NCBI GenBank assembly: GCA_023334545.1
Contig: JAADVB010000047.1
Coordinates: 1 to 64,000, forward strand
DNA from: Salisapilia sapeloensis CBS 127946
Taxonomy: Eukaryota > Protista > Oomycota
Length of the DNA: 64,000 bases
Reading direction: 5' to 3'
This document shows positions 1 through 10,527 of this stretch, piece by piece. Below the pieces are notes generated by a model. The model saw only the letters and a list, made by a program, of their open reading frames with translations. It ran no database searches and was not told the DNA's origin. Position 1 is the first letter of the stretch; each line of letters begins with the position of its first letter. Position numbers and translations under genes: made by a program.

Positions 1-215
1 ATTTTGGCATATACGAATAAAGCATGCTCGAAAGTGTCTAGTGGGCTGGTCTAGAGTGTCTACAAGTCGTTCCTTCATCTCTAAAATGATCAAAGTATAT
101 CTACGACCGTTCAAGGTACACCGAGTGCTCGTAGGCTCGATTACTGTCCTAAATTGCCACGAGCGTGCAGTCATAGTACCGAGATCATCGATAAGTCGAA
201 AAAGGAGGAAAACAC

Positions 216-925
216 TACAGCCGTACATGTTGCGCAAAGGACTGGATATAATGCAAAAGATTTGGGGGATGATGTCAAGAGATATGCAAAAACGACAGTT
301 GAGATCAATTTCAAAGTCTTTTGCAATTCGTGCTACTATTATGCTGGTATTGACCTCTCCATTTCTGTCATCGTGTATTGTCCACTCCTGTGTCATGCTT
401 TGGCGGGGAATAGCGTCGAGTGTATCGTGGTTTCTAGTCGGAAGTCATCGAGGTTGAAGTTGCATTCGATTTAGTTGCAACATTGAGTTCTTCACCATTT
501 CAGTGGGACAGAGTACAGTATGAGTCATGATGCTTCCCAATTATTTCATCTACCACGGTACATCGCCTGTTCCGAAATAATAGCGAAGAGCGCAATAGCG
601 CAAGTGAAGAGCTCAGCAAGCGGCGCGATTGTTTCGCGCGCTTTTTCAAATGTGCACATTTCGAGCACTGGGCATGCCTTGAAGACTTCTCGAAGATGGT
701 TTCCGCTTAATTACATCCAAGACGAACGATCTTATGCTTTTGTACTCCTCGTTTGGCGAGAAAGTTGTATTGAAGCGATACGCTAGGTTTCCAATGGCAA
801 GTGGCAAAACAAAATTGGTTATTTTCAACGAACGCGGAATTTCCCGATTCGATTATCATGAGTAGAGTTACAATAGGTGAACTCCTAGTTGTGCCAAATC
901 GGTAATAAGCGCGAACACGGTCTAT
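216..925 (+). repeat. Dispersed decayed coding-like repeat, copy 1 (most divergent; may extend beyond the left edge)
   Basis: Shares blocks with 9446..10198 and 25625..26378, e.g. ttggcggggaatag, gaagttgcattcgatttagttgcaac, cagtgggacagagtacag, gcctgttccgaaataatagcgaa, atacgctaggtttc. Broken + strand reading gives EVAFDLVATLSSSPFQWDRVQ...FARFFKCAHFEH...FSKMVS with stops and frameshifts. Boundaries approximate. Confidence 0.85.
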
Positions 926-1240
926 CTGAAGTCATGGAAAACATCTACAACGACTTCGAGAGATACCATATCAACACGACGATTTCTGTATAGACGATAG
1001 GATTGGTACATGTTCAGGCGAATAACCGCGCCTTCACCTGTGCTTTCGCTTTACAACTAACGCAAATTATTCTTTAGCAGCGGTGCTTTGCTTCAGAGCA
1101 AGCAAACATTATTGCACTACATCTGCAGTCAAATCAAAGCTTACTATCACTTCAACCACCATGAACTTGATAAACTAGAAACGACAAGTAGAAAGTGTAG
1201 TCAAACAGTGCATTGAAAGTTTCTAATTGTACAAAAAAGT

Positions 1241-1990
1241 TTACGCCTTTGTCGGTGCATTGCCGACCTCATTCTGAAGAGTAACTAGTAACTTCATGGT
1301 CGCCGAAGTTCCCAAGAGGCTAATGATGCTCGCCGGAATGTACCCCGAGAGGTCTGCGTGTCCGATTAGAACCACGTCGCAGTATACATGTCCATTGCTG
1401 TCTGTCTTTTCATCCAGAAGGTAGCCCGAGATCAGGTTGATGCCTCGCACATGACCTTCCCCGACCGGAACATCTTGTACGTCGACGCTTCGACTAGCAA
1501 TGGCAGTGCGGCCATCCTGCAAGTCGACGGCACTCGTGATCAGGACAAACTCACGAGGGGCTGTCGGGAACTGTCCGACACTCTGAACCAGTCGCAGAGT
1601 CACACGTCCATTGCTGCCTTTTTGCTCGTGCAAAACCTCTACGTTCGCCATCATTTCGTCGAGCTTCATGAGGGAAGCTGGGTCGAGCAGTGCCTTTTCA
1701 ATGGCAGCCTTGGGCGCATCAATACGGCGCGACACTCGGAATGCCGACCAGGAACAGTCCGTGACGGTTCCCCTCCAAATCATGCCTTCGTCTCCATTGT
1801 CCGTAATGAGTTTCCAGTCCGTGACACCGTCCGCACCGGAATGTCTTTCCAATAGCGTCCGGACATTGTCTTTCGTGAAAGTGTCCATATCAATGTCCGT
1901 GGCCGTGTGATAAGATTCCACTGGGCTCCCAGAGTCCGAGCCACTGTCGTTATCGTTCGAACCAAAGCTCAGTGCGTGCATAAACTTCAT
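1241..1990 (-). CDS. START/SRPBCC lipid-binding domain protein (paralog A)
   Basis: Intronless ORF with START-like motifs WKLI, PREFVLITSAVDL, VRGINLISGY, ADLSGYIP. The ORF track starts at TTG 2014; ATG 1990 (MKFMHALSFGS) aligns with the paralog start MNFVRGLSFGS. Confidence 0.8.
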   Translation of the reverse strand: MKFMHALSFGSNDNDSGSDSGSPVESYHTATDIDMDTFTKDNVRTLLERHSGADGVTDWKLITDNGDEGMIWRGTVTDCSWSAFRVSRRIDAPKAAIEKALLDPASLMKLDEMMANVEVLHEQKGSNGRVTLRLVQSVGQFPTAPREFVLITSAVDLQDGRTAIASRSVDVQDVPVGEGHVRGINLISGYLLDEKTDSNGHVYCDVVLIGHADLSGYIPASIISLLGTSATMKLLVTLQNEVGNAPTKA

Positions 1991-2655
1991 CCTGCCTTGC
2001 TTTCGTCTTGTCAAATGCCACTATGAGCCAATGTTGTGGAGGAAGGTGCGGACATTTCTCAGCGGCTTTCTCTGAAGGCACCGATGATAGGTTTTCGGTT
2101 CAGGAGATTTGCAACGTTTATGCATGCCTTCGTACCATTTGCGCACAGGGGAGGGTGCAATCTAGCCAATGATTGCGGGCTACAAATATATTGAACAGAC
2201 CAATCAAACCATCATCAAGCCATAGTCGGCGCGTTCTATAGTGCGGTGAGTACAGATACTAACTACAGCGAAGCAGCGTATGTTGCAGGTGCGGGAAAGA
2301 AAGAATATTTTTGCATTTTCTAAAGCACCGCAGCGAAACGGACAATTGAAACATTGTATTTGTAATTGATGTGGACCACTTCAAATTTAGTGCCTCTAGG
2401 CCATTTCTTTCTGAAGTAATGCATCCGCGAGTAGGATGCTATGACAGCCTCTCCCTCCCTCGCATTCCTATCCACGAATGTCTCTATTGAGACAAGGTTG
2501 AGACGCTGACTACTTCCTACCCACGGTCGTATATTCACTCGTGTACTGTCGTCACGCATACCGCCGACGAGATCAACAAGTAGACGCAAAGTGTTAAGAT
2601 CAGTTCCATTTTGGCATTAGGTCCATGCTTATTCATTGCACGTGGTACATTCAAT

Positions 2656-3405
2656 TTATTTCGCCGGTGTTCCGATCTGGTTCTGGATGCTCACGAGAAT
2701 CTTCATCGTCGCCGATGTGCCGAGCATATTAATGACGGTGGCAGGAATATATCCGGACAGATCCGCATGGCCAATGAGCACCACGTCACAGTAGATGCGG
2801 CCATGGCTGTCCTTCTTCTCCGTGATCAAGTAGCCTGAAATGAGGTTGTTGCCGCGCACGTGTCCGTCTGGCACAGGTACATCCGTTAGATCGACACTTC
2901 GGCTCGCAATCGCCGTCGTACCGTCCTCTAAGTCGACTGCACTCGTGACGAGAACGAATTCCCTTGGAGAAGTTGGGAACACGCCTTTTGCAAGTACATG
3001 ACGGAGTGTAATACGACCGTTGCTACCCTCCTTTTCACGCAAAACCTTGACGCTTGCCATCATTTCGTCCAATTTCATGAGCGAATCCGGATCCAAGAGT
3101 GCATTCTCGATCTCGCTCTTGGAAGCGTCGATACGACGAGAGACTCGGAATGGGCTCCAAGCACAGTCCTTGACACTTCCACGCCAAATGCGTCCGCCAT
3201 CGTCACCGTCATCTGAAATGAGCTTCCAGGTCGTGACGCCGTCTTCTCCCGTGTGTCGTTCTCGAAGGATACGCACGCTTTCATGCGTGAAAGCGTCTAG
3301 ATCAATGTCGTTTGCAGTGGCATACGAGTCCTTGGGTGTCGTACTCGCCGGTCCAGTCTCGTCGTCATTCGACGAACCAAAGCTCAGTCCTCGAACAAAG
3401 TTCAT
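2656..3405 (-). CDS. START/SRPBCC lipid-binding domain protein (paralog B, tandem duplicate)
   Basis: 249 aa ORF colinear along its full length with the 1241..1990 protein (PREFVLVTSAVDL, VRGNNLISGY, ADLSGYIP). Confidence 0.8.
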   Translation of the reverse strand: MNFVRGLSFGSSNDDETGPASTTPKDSYATANDIDLDAFTHESVRILRERHTGEDGVTTWKLISDDGDDGGRIWRGSVKDCAWSPFRVSRRIDASKSEIENALLDPDSLMKLDEMMASVKVLREKEGSNGRITLRHVLAKGVFPTSPREFVLVTSAVDLEDGTTAIASRSVDLTDVPVPDGHVRGNNLISGYLITEKKDSHGRIYCDVVLIGHADLSGYIPATVINMLGTSATMKILVSIQNQIGTPAK

Positions 3406-3570
3406 GATGCTCCTTGAAAGGTTATGCGCTCTTCGTCCGTTTTAGGATGCTGTAATCTGGATCGTGGGTGTAATATATCTAATTTTCCAAGATCCGACCA
3501 ATACTAAGATGGGGAGGAATAGTGGGTTTCCAGCCATTCCTCTACGTGGATATGTGACGCGTTGTAAATG

Positions 3571-3578
3571 TACATGTA
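3571..3578. promoter_or_regulatory. TACATGTA palindromic motif in the divergent START/PX-RING intergenic region
   Basis: Exact TACATGTA, a motif known to be abundant in oomycete promoters. Further exact copies at 26388..26395 and 54093..54100. Confidence 0.5.
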
Positions 3579-3753
3579 TAGAGATTTAGATACACCTCGT
3601 CCTTGATCCGAGACATCTGGAACTGAAGACGTTCGCAATGCTATAAATACCTGAGAGGAGCTGTCAAGGATGAGGGAGAGGAAACAACCCTTGGCGCCGA
3701 CGACACCATGTCAGTCTACCCTTCACTCTTCATTCATCATTCCTCGAGCTCCA

Positions 3754-4629
3754 ATGCATGCCAACAGGATGGAAATGCCGTTCATGCGCAGACGCAAGTC
3801 TCGACGCCGTAATTCATTGCAAGACGACAAGTCGAGTCGTTTCAAGCGCCAGACCTCTCGACCGTCCTTGGAGCGTCATTCCACTCGGCACTTGACTAGC
3901 ACCATGGAGGAAGCGCTACTAGAGCATGTGCGAGTGGACTTTATCAAAGCCATTGTGCCAGGGCAAAAGCTCGGCAAACCACGCTACATCATGCGCATCA
4001 CGAACCAAGCACTCGGTCGGTCGTGGGAGATGGGTCGAAGCTTTAGTGAGTTTCACGAACTCAAGGAGAAAATTGTCCGAGTCCTCAACCACGGCCACTT
4101 TTGCACTGCTGACTGTCCTTGGATCTACATGTTCGTCACGCACCACTTTCCTCATCGCCAGCTCTTCCAATGGCGACGCGCTCGTGTCATTGCCACGAGG
4201 CTCACGGAGCTCCAGAAGTTTATCAACACATTGTTGTCCATGATCCGAGACAACCGGACGTCTGCATGCCCAGACTCGGCCGACAACCTCCCTCGCCTAC
4301 TCTACGAGTTCCTTTTCGAAGGCATGATGTTCAGTCGAGAGGACTTCAACAACACCTTGTTGGAAGACCGAGTGTCCATCCACAGTGGTAAGCCAAGTGA
4401 CGTAGGGGAGCTACCGCAAGAGTTTACCTGTCACATCTGCTCCCAAGCCTTGATGCATACCAGCACCTCGCTCTCAAGTATCGAATCGACGTGTGCGACC
4501 GAGACGAGTGGGTCGACAGAACATGAACTACAGGCATTATCGACTCTAGAATGTGGCCACCGCTTTCATGACGAGTGTATCTTAACGAAACTGAATGAAA
4601 CGCTCATGTGCCCCATCTGTGGGGCCTAG
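3754..4629 (+). CDS. PX-like domain + C-terminal RING-H2 zinc finger protein
   Basis: PX-like segment (RYIMRIT...WEMGRSFSEFHEL...FPHRQLF...RLTELQKFINTLL) and RING CHIC...CGHRFHDECI...CPIC. ATG 3754 follows an INR-like TCACTCTTCATTC; the ORF track starts at 3670. Confidence 0.8.
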   Translation: MHANRMEMPFMRRRKSRRRNSLQDDKSSRFKRQTSRPSLERHSTRHLTSTMEEALLEHVRVDFIKAIVPGQKLGKPRYIMRITNQALGRSWEMGRSFSEFHELKEKIVRVLNHGHFCTADCPWIYMFVTHHFPHRQLFQWRRARVIATRLTELQKFINTLLSMIRDNRTSACPDSADNLPRLLYEFLFEGMMFSREDFNNTLLEDRVSIHSGKPSDVGELPQEFTCHICSQALMHTSTSLSSIESTCATETSGSTEHELQALSTLECGHRFHDECILTKLNETLMCPICGA

Positions 4630-4660
4630 CGTCGTACGTCAGAAGGGATTCGTATTCGTG

Positions 4661-6133
4661 TTAAAACATATCAATCTCATCCATTCCTTCTACATTCGCC
4701 AAGTCCAAACGTGCACCAGCTTCCTCTCCTCTCCTCTTACACTTTGCATCAAAGTCGAAATCATATAAAAAGTACTCGTACGCTTCCTCGATCTCTGATA
4801 GTTCGCAATACAAAGCTTTGCAACCAGGAATGTCCGCTACGACTTCATTCACGACGATCTGAAGCAAGTCGGAACGATTTGAGTCTTCCAAATCACGATA
4901 TAATCGGAACTGGACGTTCGTAGCGAAGGGAGATAAGGACGACGCACGAAAGTCTCGATCGAAGATCTCGTCCATCGTATAGTTTGCGCGTAGCTTGTCG
5001 CGACTGCCGTAGCCGAGGAGCGTCAGTAGCGGTAACACTGTCTCGGCATGAGCAAAGTAGAACGTCCCGGTGTGCGCCATGTCCGTATTGTTCGACCTCT
5101 GTTGCATACGCATGTACAAATCGCGGAATAAGGGCGATGCGATCTGGTAATTCAGGTGATGTCCTCCTGCTAATGTATAGAACGCATGCAAGTCACTAGC
5201 ATAGTCCATCAAGTAGAGAGTCGTAGGAGATAGGAGGGAACACCAGTGGTCTGTGACATTATACAGTGCATAGTCAAAGGCACAGGCAGAGTAGGCTCCA
5301 TGGAGATCCGTAACGTTTAAATCCACGGGCGTCTCTTGGATGTGCAGTGCCTCCTTGAGCTCGACGACCAGAGCTTCCACTCGATCAGTGTGTTTAAAGG
5401 CATAGTACTCTTCCTGTGCATCTTCGTTATGCTTGATCGACGACGTATACTCTGGACAATCATCATAGAAACGGAGGAGCGGGTCTTTGTCTTCGGGGAA
5501 TGTAATGTAATCTACTTGGTCTGGGTTACCAAAGTACTCACTAGCAAATGCGACGGCGGTTTCATGCGTGCGTTCGACGTGAGTATTCGCGACGCGATAT
5601 TGGTCTTTTGAGTACTTGGCAGCATGCCCCTGTTGTGTTGCCTCGAGAATCCGGTGCGATAGAGCCTTCATCTCCAAAACGCCTGACTCGCTCAAATCGC
5701 CGGCGATGCTGAGGTTGTAAGGCAGACGATAGCCTTGCAGCCACTTTGGCAATGCATCCTGGTACGGCTCTAGTTTTTCGAGTAGCGTCTGTATCTGCTT
5801 AATGTTTGATGACGTCGGGTATCGAATGGCATGGCGAGATACAAGCTGCGTTTGAATGAGGCCATATCCTTCCAGATCTCTTGGTGGCGAAGATCCTGTT
5901 TGGTTCCAGTACACATTATGCGTAGAGAAAGCTTCATCTAAGGGGTGTACATCGTCCTGACTATCGCTCAAGTCCATGAACGTCGAACTCGCTACCGTGC
6001 TAGCTTGTAGGAAGAGCACAATGGATGATACTGCGAGCATGGAGAAGAGCGTTTTGGATAGAATAACCATCGTCGTCGATGCAGGTGCTGCCTCTCTTGT
6101 TCGCAACAAGGTATATTCGGTTTTGAGTGTCAT
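4661..6133 (-). CDS. MINPP1: Multiple inositol polyphosphate phosphatase / histidine acid phosphatase (phytase-like)
   Basis: Catalytic motif SRHAIRYP, downstream FAHAET, LRFYDDCP, SPFATN, and an N-terminal hydrophobic segment. First ATG at 6133; the ORF track begins at GTG 6151. Confidence 0.85.
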   Translation of the reverse strand: MTLKTEYTLLRTREAAPASTTMVILSKTLFSMLAVSSIVLFLQASTVASSTFMDLSDSQDDVHPLDEAFSTHNVYWNQTGSSPPRDLEGYGLIQTQLVSRHAIRYPTSSNIKQIQTLLEKLEPYQDALPKWLQGYRLPYNLSIAGDLSESGVLEMKALSHRILEATQQGHAAKYSKDQYRVANTHVERTHETAVAFASEYFGNPDQVDYITFPEDKDPLLRFYDDCPEYTSSIKHNEDAQEEYYAFKHTDRVEALVVELKEALHIQETPVDLNVTDLHGAYSACAFDYALYNVTDHWCSLLSPTTLYLMDYASDLHAFYTLAGGHHLNYQIASPLFRDLYMRMQQRSNNTDMAHTGTFYFAHAETVLPLLTLLGYGSRDKLRANYTMDEIFDRDFRASSLSPFATNVQFRLYRDLEDSNRSDLLQIVVNEVVADIPGCKALYCELSEIEEAYEYFLYDFDFDAKCKRRGEEAGARLDLANVEGMDEIDMF

Positions 6134-7410
6134 CGGATCTACACTGCGCACCCAAGCTCTGCAACACTGAGTCGTGTGAACCTATCGCGTCCCGCTTTGC
6201 GGATCTCAGCGCGTGCTGTTAGAACATGTGGTGCATCTCGGGTAGAAAAGATGCGATCGTGCCAGTAGGTGCAGATTCGGTTCTTGGGAAAACCTCCTTT
6301 ACGAGTGGCGCTTTTGCCATCGCGTATGGAAGGTGGGACATCCAGTCATCACACAGAGTCTATCTTGAAAGAGAATTCGCTTGAGATGATTCCAATCGGA
6401 TTTAAAACGCGTAGAAACCAGCGATAGCGTACATGATATAGTGGGAGAAGGGAGTGGTACTTACACCAGATTACCGGTAATTTAATTCTTTGGGGTCGAA
6501 TGCTAGACAGAAAGCTGTATGTACAGCACTTCACCTGCTTGGGCATGAGTCAGAGCCTAATAAAGGTGCATTGAACAGCAAATTGGAGACGAAGGTGGGA
6601 GGAAACTGTCAGGAGCATGCTATTAAGTGTCGACCAGACCAACGCCGTATGAATCTACATTGCGCGATGCTTGCTATGTTCACAGCGTATGCAGGTGCTA
6701 GCACGACAAAGCTCTCCTAGTCCAGCGCCTTAGCACTCTTAGCTACCGACAGATAAGTAACACCCATTTGACCGCTGAGATGAGGACTCCATTCGCCTTG
6801 GCAACACATATTAAACTTAGCTGCTGACACGCTACCTCGCGACCATTTTGTTATCAACCCGATAGTAGCGGACTCGCTGATCTTCGGTTGGATTAATATG
6901 TACATGATCGAAGCTGTAGTCATTCCCAAGGAAGTGTTAGAAATTGATGATCAATTTCCAGACCTAGAGTCAGAGGCTATTATGAAAGACTTAATGGACT
7001 ATAAGACACGAGGTAATGAAAAGGTGAATAATGGACATCCATCGATAGCAGAAACAAAAGACAAAGCAGCTCAGTTTAGTCGCCGAAGTGTAGTTCTCTT
7101 GACGAGCGAGGTTATATGCAAGAGCGCTTCATAAAAGAGGACGACATACTCCGATCCACCAACAATGTTTAGCATGGAGCACCACGGCTAAAAGTATGAT
7201 GATCAAAAGCAAGCAACAAAGCATACTGCCAGCAAAGATAAAGCTCTCTTGAACTACATTCACCTCAGCTAAAGCACGACATTTTCCCTCTACCTCAGAT
7301 CCCATAACTATCTAATCATCCAGCTGAAGCCGCTGCTCTGTCATCTTCAGCCATGCCAACTGCCGATCACACTCTTGATCTTTCAGATCGAGTTCCGGTA
7401 TGCTACCGCT

Positions 7411-8840
7411 TCATACATTTTCAATCAAACTTTCCAACGCTTCTTGATTGTTCCCAGTGTGTCGTTCAGCAGGGCCTTCGCCAGATGATCCTTGCCTAGA
7501 CTCGGTTATCTCGGCAGCATCACTAGATGATGTAAGCTGATCAAAGGCGTTCAGTGAACTTTCAGTCGATGGGCTAACTTGATCCGAGTTAAACTCATAG
7601 ACTTTGTTACTGCACGATTTATTACATGTCAAAGAACTTGATCCTTCCGTCAATTGCTAAATCATGGATGGTTCGACAACCGTGGATCCGCTGCGATCTT
7701 TCTCATGCCTACCAGCTATAATTTCTTGTCGAGCAGCGTAATACGAATTGACTTGGCTAGTAAGTTGGTCGCAAGTAGAACAGAGGTGACCCTTCTTGGT
7801 TATCTGCCCTAGCTTGGGAATGGCATCGATTAGCTCGATGGGAAGCACGCATTTCCTAAAAACTGACGGATCGCACAAGTTGCACGAGTAAAATCTACGT
7901 AGCGGACCAAAATGCTTTTTGCAGGATCGACATTCCGACTTGCTTCCAGCTTCGCGGTTGCCAATCAAGCCGATAAATCGTTCTTGTTCGCACTTTTCCT
8001 CTGAAGTATCCACGAATGCTCCTTCATCTTTGCAAATTGGCTGGATGTCCAAGTGTCCATGAGTGCCCCAGCCAATGCGATAACACTGATGGAGTCAAGA
8101 AGGTTGTTGCTAAATACTCTATAATACCCTTTGATAAAAACTTTGACCGACTGATCCTCCACTGGCTTAAACAGGACACAAGATGAAATACGGGTACGCA
8201 TGATGGCTCGTTCTTTAAGCGGCGGAGTAGATCGCAAGTCGAGTGAATGCATCAGATTGTACCCGATACGCTCGTTTTTAGCGAATTGAAGGATTCCGGT
8301 CGCTCAAACGTAACCACCATCTCGGTCTTTTATAATTCCTCGGAGTGCTAGACTTGGACTACCAGAGTGTCATTGAAGCAAAGTAGTACGATATGGATGT
8401 TGTAGAGCTGGCTTCTCTATCGACGACAGCATTTGACAATTTGTTATAGGTGATTCGGAGTAGCAGATACCTTGTAGTACTGGCGCCTCGTCGCCGTGCA
8501 CGATACCGAATAAGATGTCATCAATATTAACCGAGATCATCCCGTTAGCGATGATGATACGAGGCATTTGACAGCCAGCACTGTTGTTGTATGAATCCTT
8601 CACCACACGCCGAGATGGATTCCTCTCTCGGTACATGGTCACATCATTGGATGCCTTGATCGGTTTCCAGCGCTCACTATCCATCTCTTGAGGTTCCGAC
8701 TAACCAAACTTTTGATATTGACGAAGGGCTTCGTAACCGAGAGTCATTGCGATACGCTTGCAATCAGCCTTCCGTTCATCTGAGAGAGAGAGAGGCCTAT
8801 GTATGTGTCTGCTGTCCACTGTGTGGCCATGACTTGTAGA
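7411..8840 (-). pseudogene. START-like + FYVE domain gene, pseudogenised
   Basis: One frame reads LSDERKADCKRIA...*...WKPIKASNDVTMYRER...LLQ*...DRDGGYV*ATG...ERIGYNLMHSLDL...VKVFIKG, with stops at 8700, 8370, 8304 and 7965. A frameshift then leads into a FYVE-like CRSCKKHFGPLRRFYSCNLC...CSTC (7657..8052). This is the typical oomycete START-FYVE architecture. Confidence 0.8.
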
Positions 8841-9445
8841 CACTGCGAGCGTGCTAATTCGGAAATGGCACAAAGAGGCAATTCTAAACCTTTCGGTGGA
8901 GACGATATGGCGAAATAAGCTGTTGGCGGGCTTTAAATACCACCCTTCTGTCGCATCACGCTTGCCGTGTGCTAGATGTGGCAACGTACCTCGGACAGAA
9001 TTTGGACAACTTGGTTGAATGCTCGGACGCTTCCGATGATCAGATAGTAATCGTATCCAAATCTGCTTCAGGAAGACGAGAGTTAATGGTGTTGGTTAAG
9101 AGCAAGAGTCTCAAGAGTGAGCAGACAAGATGGTGCACATGCATTAAGAGCAAGCGAAATGCCATGATTCCGTCGGCTTTATGCTCTCCTCTTCTTCAAT
9201 TGCAGACGTCTTTATACCTCCGAGGGAATTAGATCAATTCCCACATGCGAATTTGCTGATAATGATAGTAGTCGTGCTATTATATTATTCATAACGTTTT
9301 CTATGTCGAGTAGCTCATCGTTTGGGTATCTAGATTGCCTAAGCAACGAGAGCATAATGTGGCAAAGGTCCGATATAGTTCCTAAAACAAGCGTCGATGC
9401 GCCTTACCACACCAAACGGGCTTCTAGCATCAGCCGTTGAATAGA

Positions 9446-10198
9446 TATAGGCCGTGTTCGTTATGTAGATAACTGGGTATTATGGAAGGCGTAGCAGGCA
9501 TTATGAAAACGATCACGCAAACACTGTAATAGAGATCAATGCCTAAGTCTTCAACTATTCGTTCTATTCGTGGATGGCTACCCGTCTTTCCATTCCTATC
9601 CATGCGTATCGTCCGTTTCTCTGCCATACATTGGCGGGGAATAGTGTCGAGTATATCGTGGTTGATCGCCGGAAGTCATTCGGATTGAAGTTGCATTCGA
9701 TTTAGTTGCAACACTGAGCTCATCGCCAATTCAGTGGGACAGAGTACAGCGCGAGTCACAATGATCGATCAATTATTTGATCCACCATGGTACATCGCCT
9801 GTTCCGAAATAATAGCGAAGAGCGCAATAGCGCAAATAAAGTGAAGAGCTCACTGAGTCTTTCGCGCACTTTTTCAAATTTGCACACTTCGAGCACCAGG
9901 CGGCGCTTGAAGGCTTCTCGAAGATGGTTTCCTCACGATTGCATCAAAGACCAAGACAGACATAGATCAAGAATATAGAGTGGTGTCCTCACTGGCAGTA
10001 CATAACACTCGCTTATGCATTCGATATGATGAGAGAAAATTATATTGAAGTCATACGCTAGGTTTCTATAGCATGTAGCTACTCTGTATGGCAATTATCA
10101 ATGAGTGCAGAGCTACCCGATTCAATTATCACGAATAGAAATGCAAATGAGAATCCTCAAAGTTGCTGAACCGGTATCCAGCGCGAATACGGTCGTAC
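9446..10198 (+). repeat. Dispersed decayed coding-like repeat, copy 2
   Basis: Aligns by eye with 25625..26378 over its whole length; 9909..10132 vs 26087..26310 differ at 6 of 224 positions. Multiple stops and frameshifts; no terminal repeats seen. Confidence 0.9.
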
Positions 10199-10527
10199 TG
10201 ATTTTTTGGTGATAAGTATTGATATGGTGCTGGTCTGGGTGGACTTTGACGCACTAGTGTCTATCCTGACACAACGCAAGTCGGTTCCTGTATCCAGAGC
10301 AAATGGATCATGCCAACAAGTCATAGGCCCTTACATTCTCGACGCCTAGTCTCTATTGCCGTGAAATCACTGTAAACAAAGCGAGTGTCGTGCTACGCAG
10401 ACCAACACGACCTTATTTCCACCGACATTTGGGATACTGCGCTCAAACGTATCCATATCTATCAGCAAACATGACACCACAACCATCGTCTGTGGCAGGA
10501 ATCTACCTATATTCATTTATCTAGAGT

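Noticed and set aside
216-925. piggyBac, Harbinger or Helitron assignment for the dispersed repeat (e.g. VVDEIIG, FNLDDFR on the - strand)
   Set aside because: The matches are single short words in different frames, with no TTAA, TIR or hairpin-CTRR ends. The family is left unassigned.
6470-6481. 12 bp perfect palindrome ATTACCGGTAAT
   Set aside because: Several such palindromes are expected by chance in 64 kb, and there is no supporting context.
6840-7134. Short frame with INMYMIEAVVIP, resembling the fasciclin H2 motif
   Set aside because: One weak motif only, with no H1 region or supporting gene structure.
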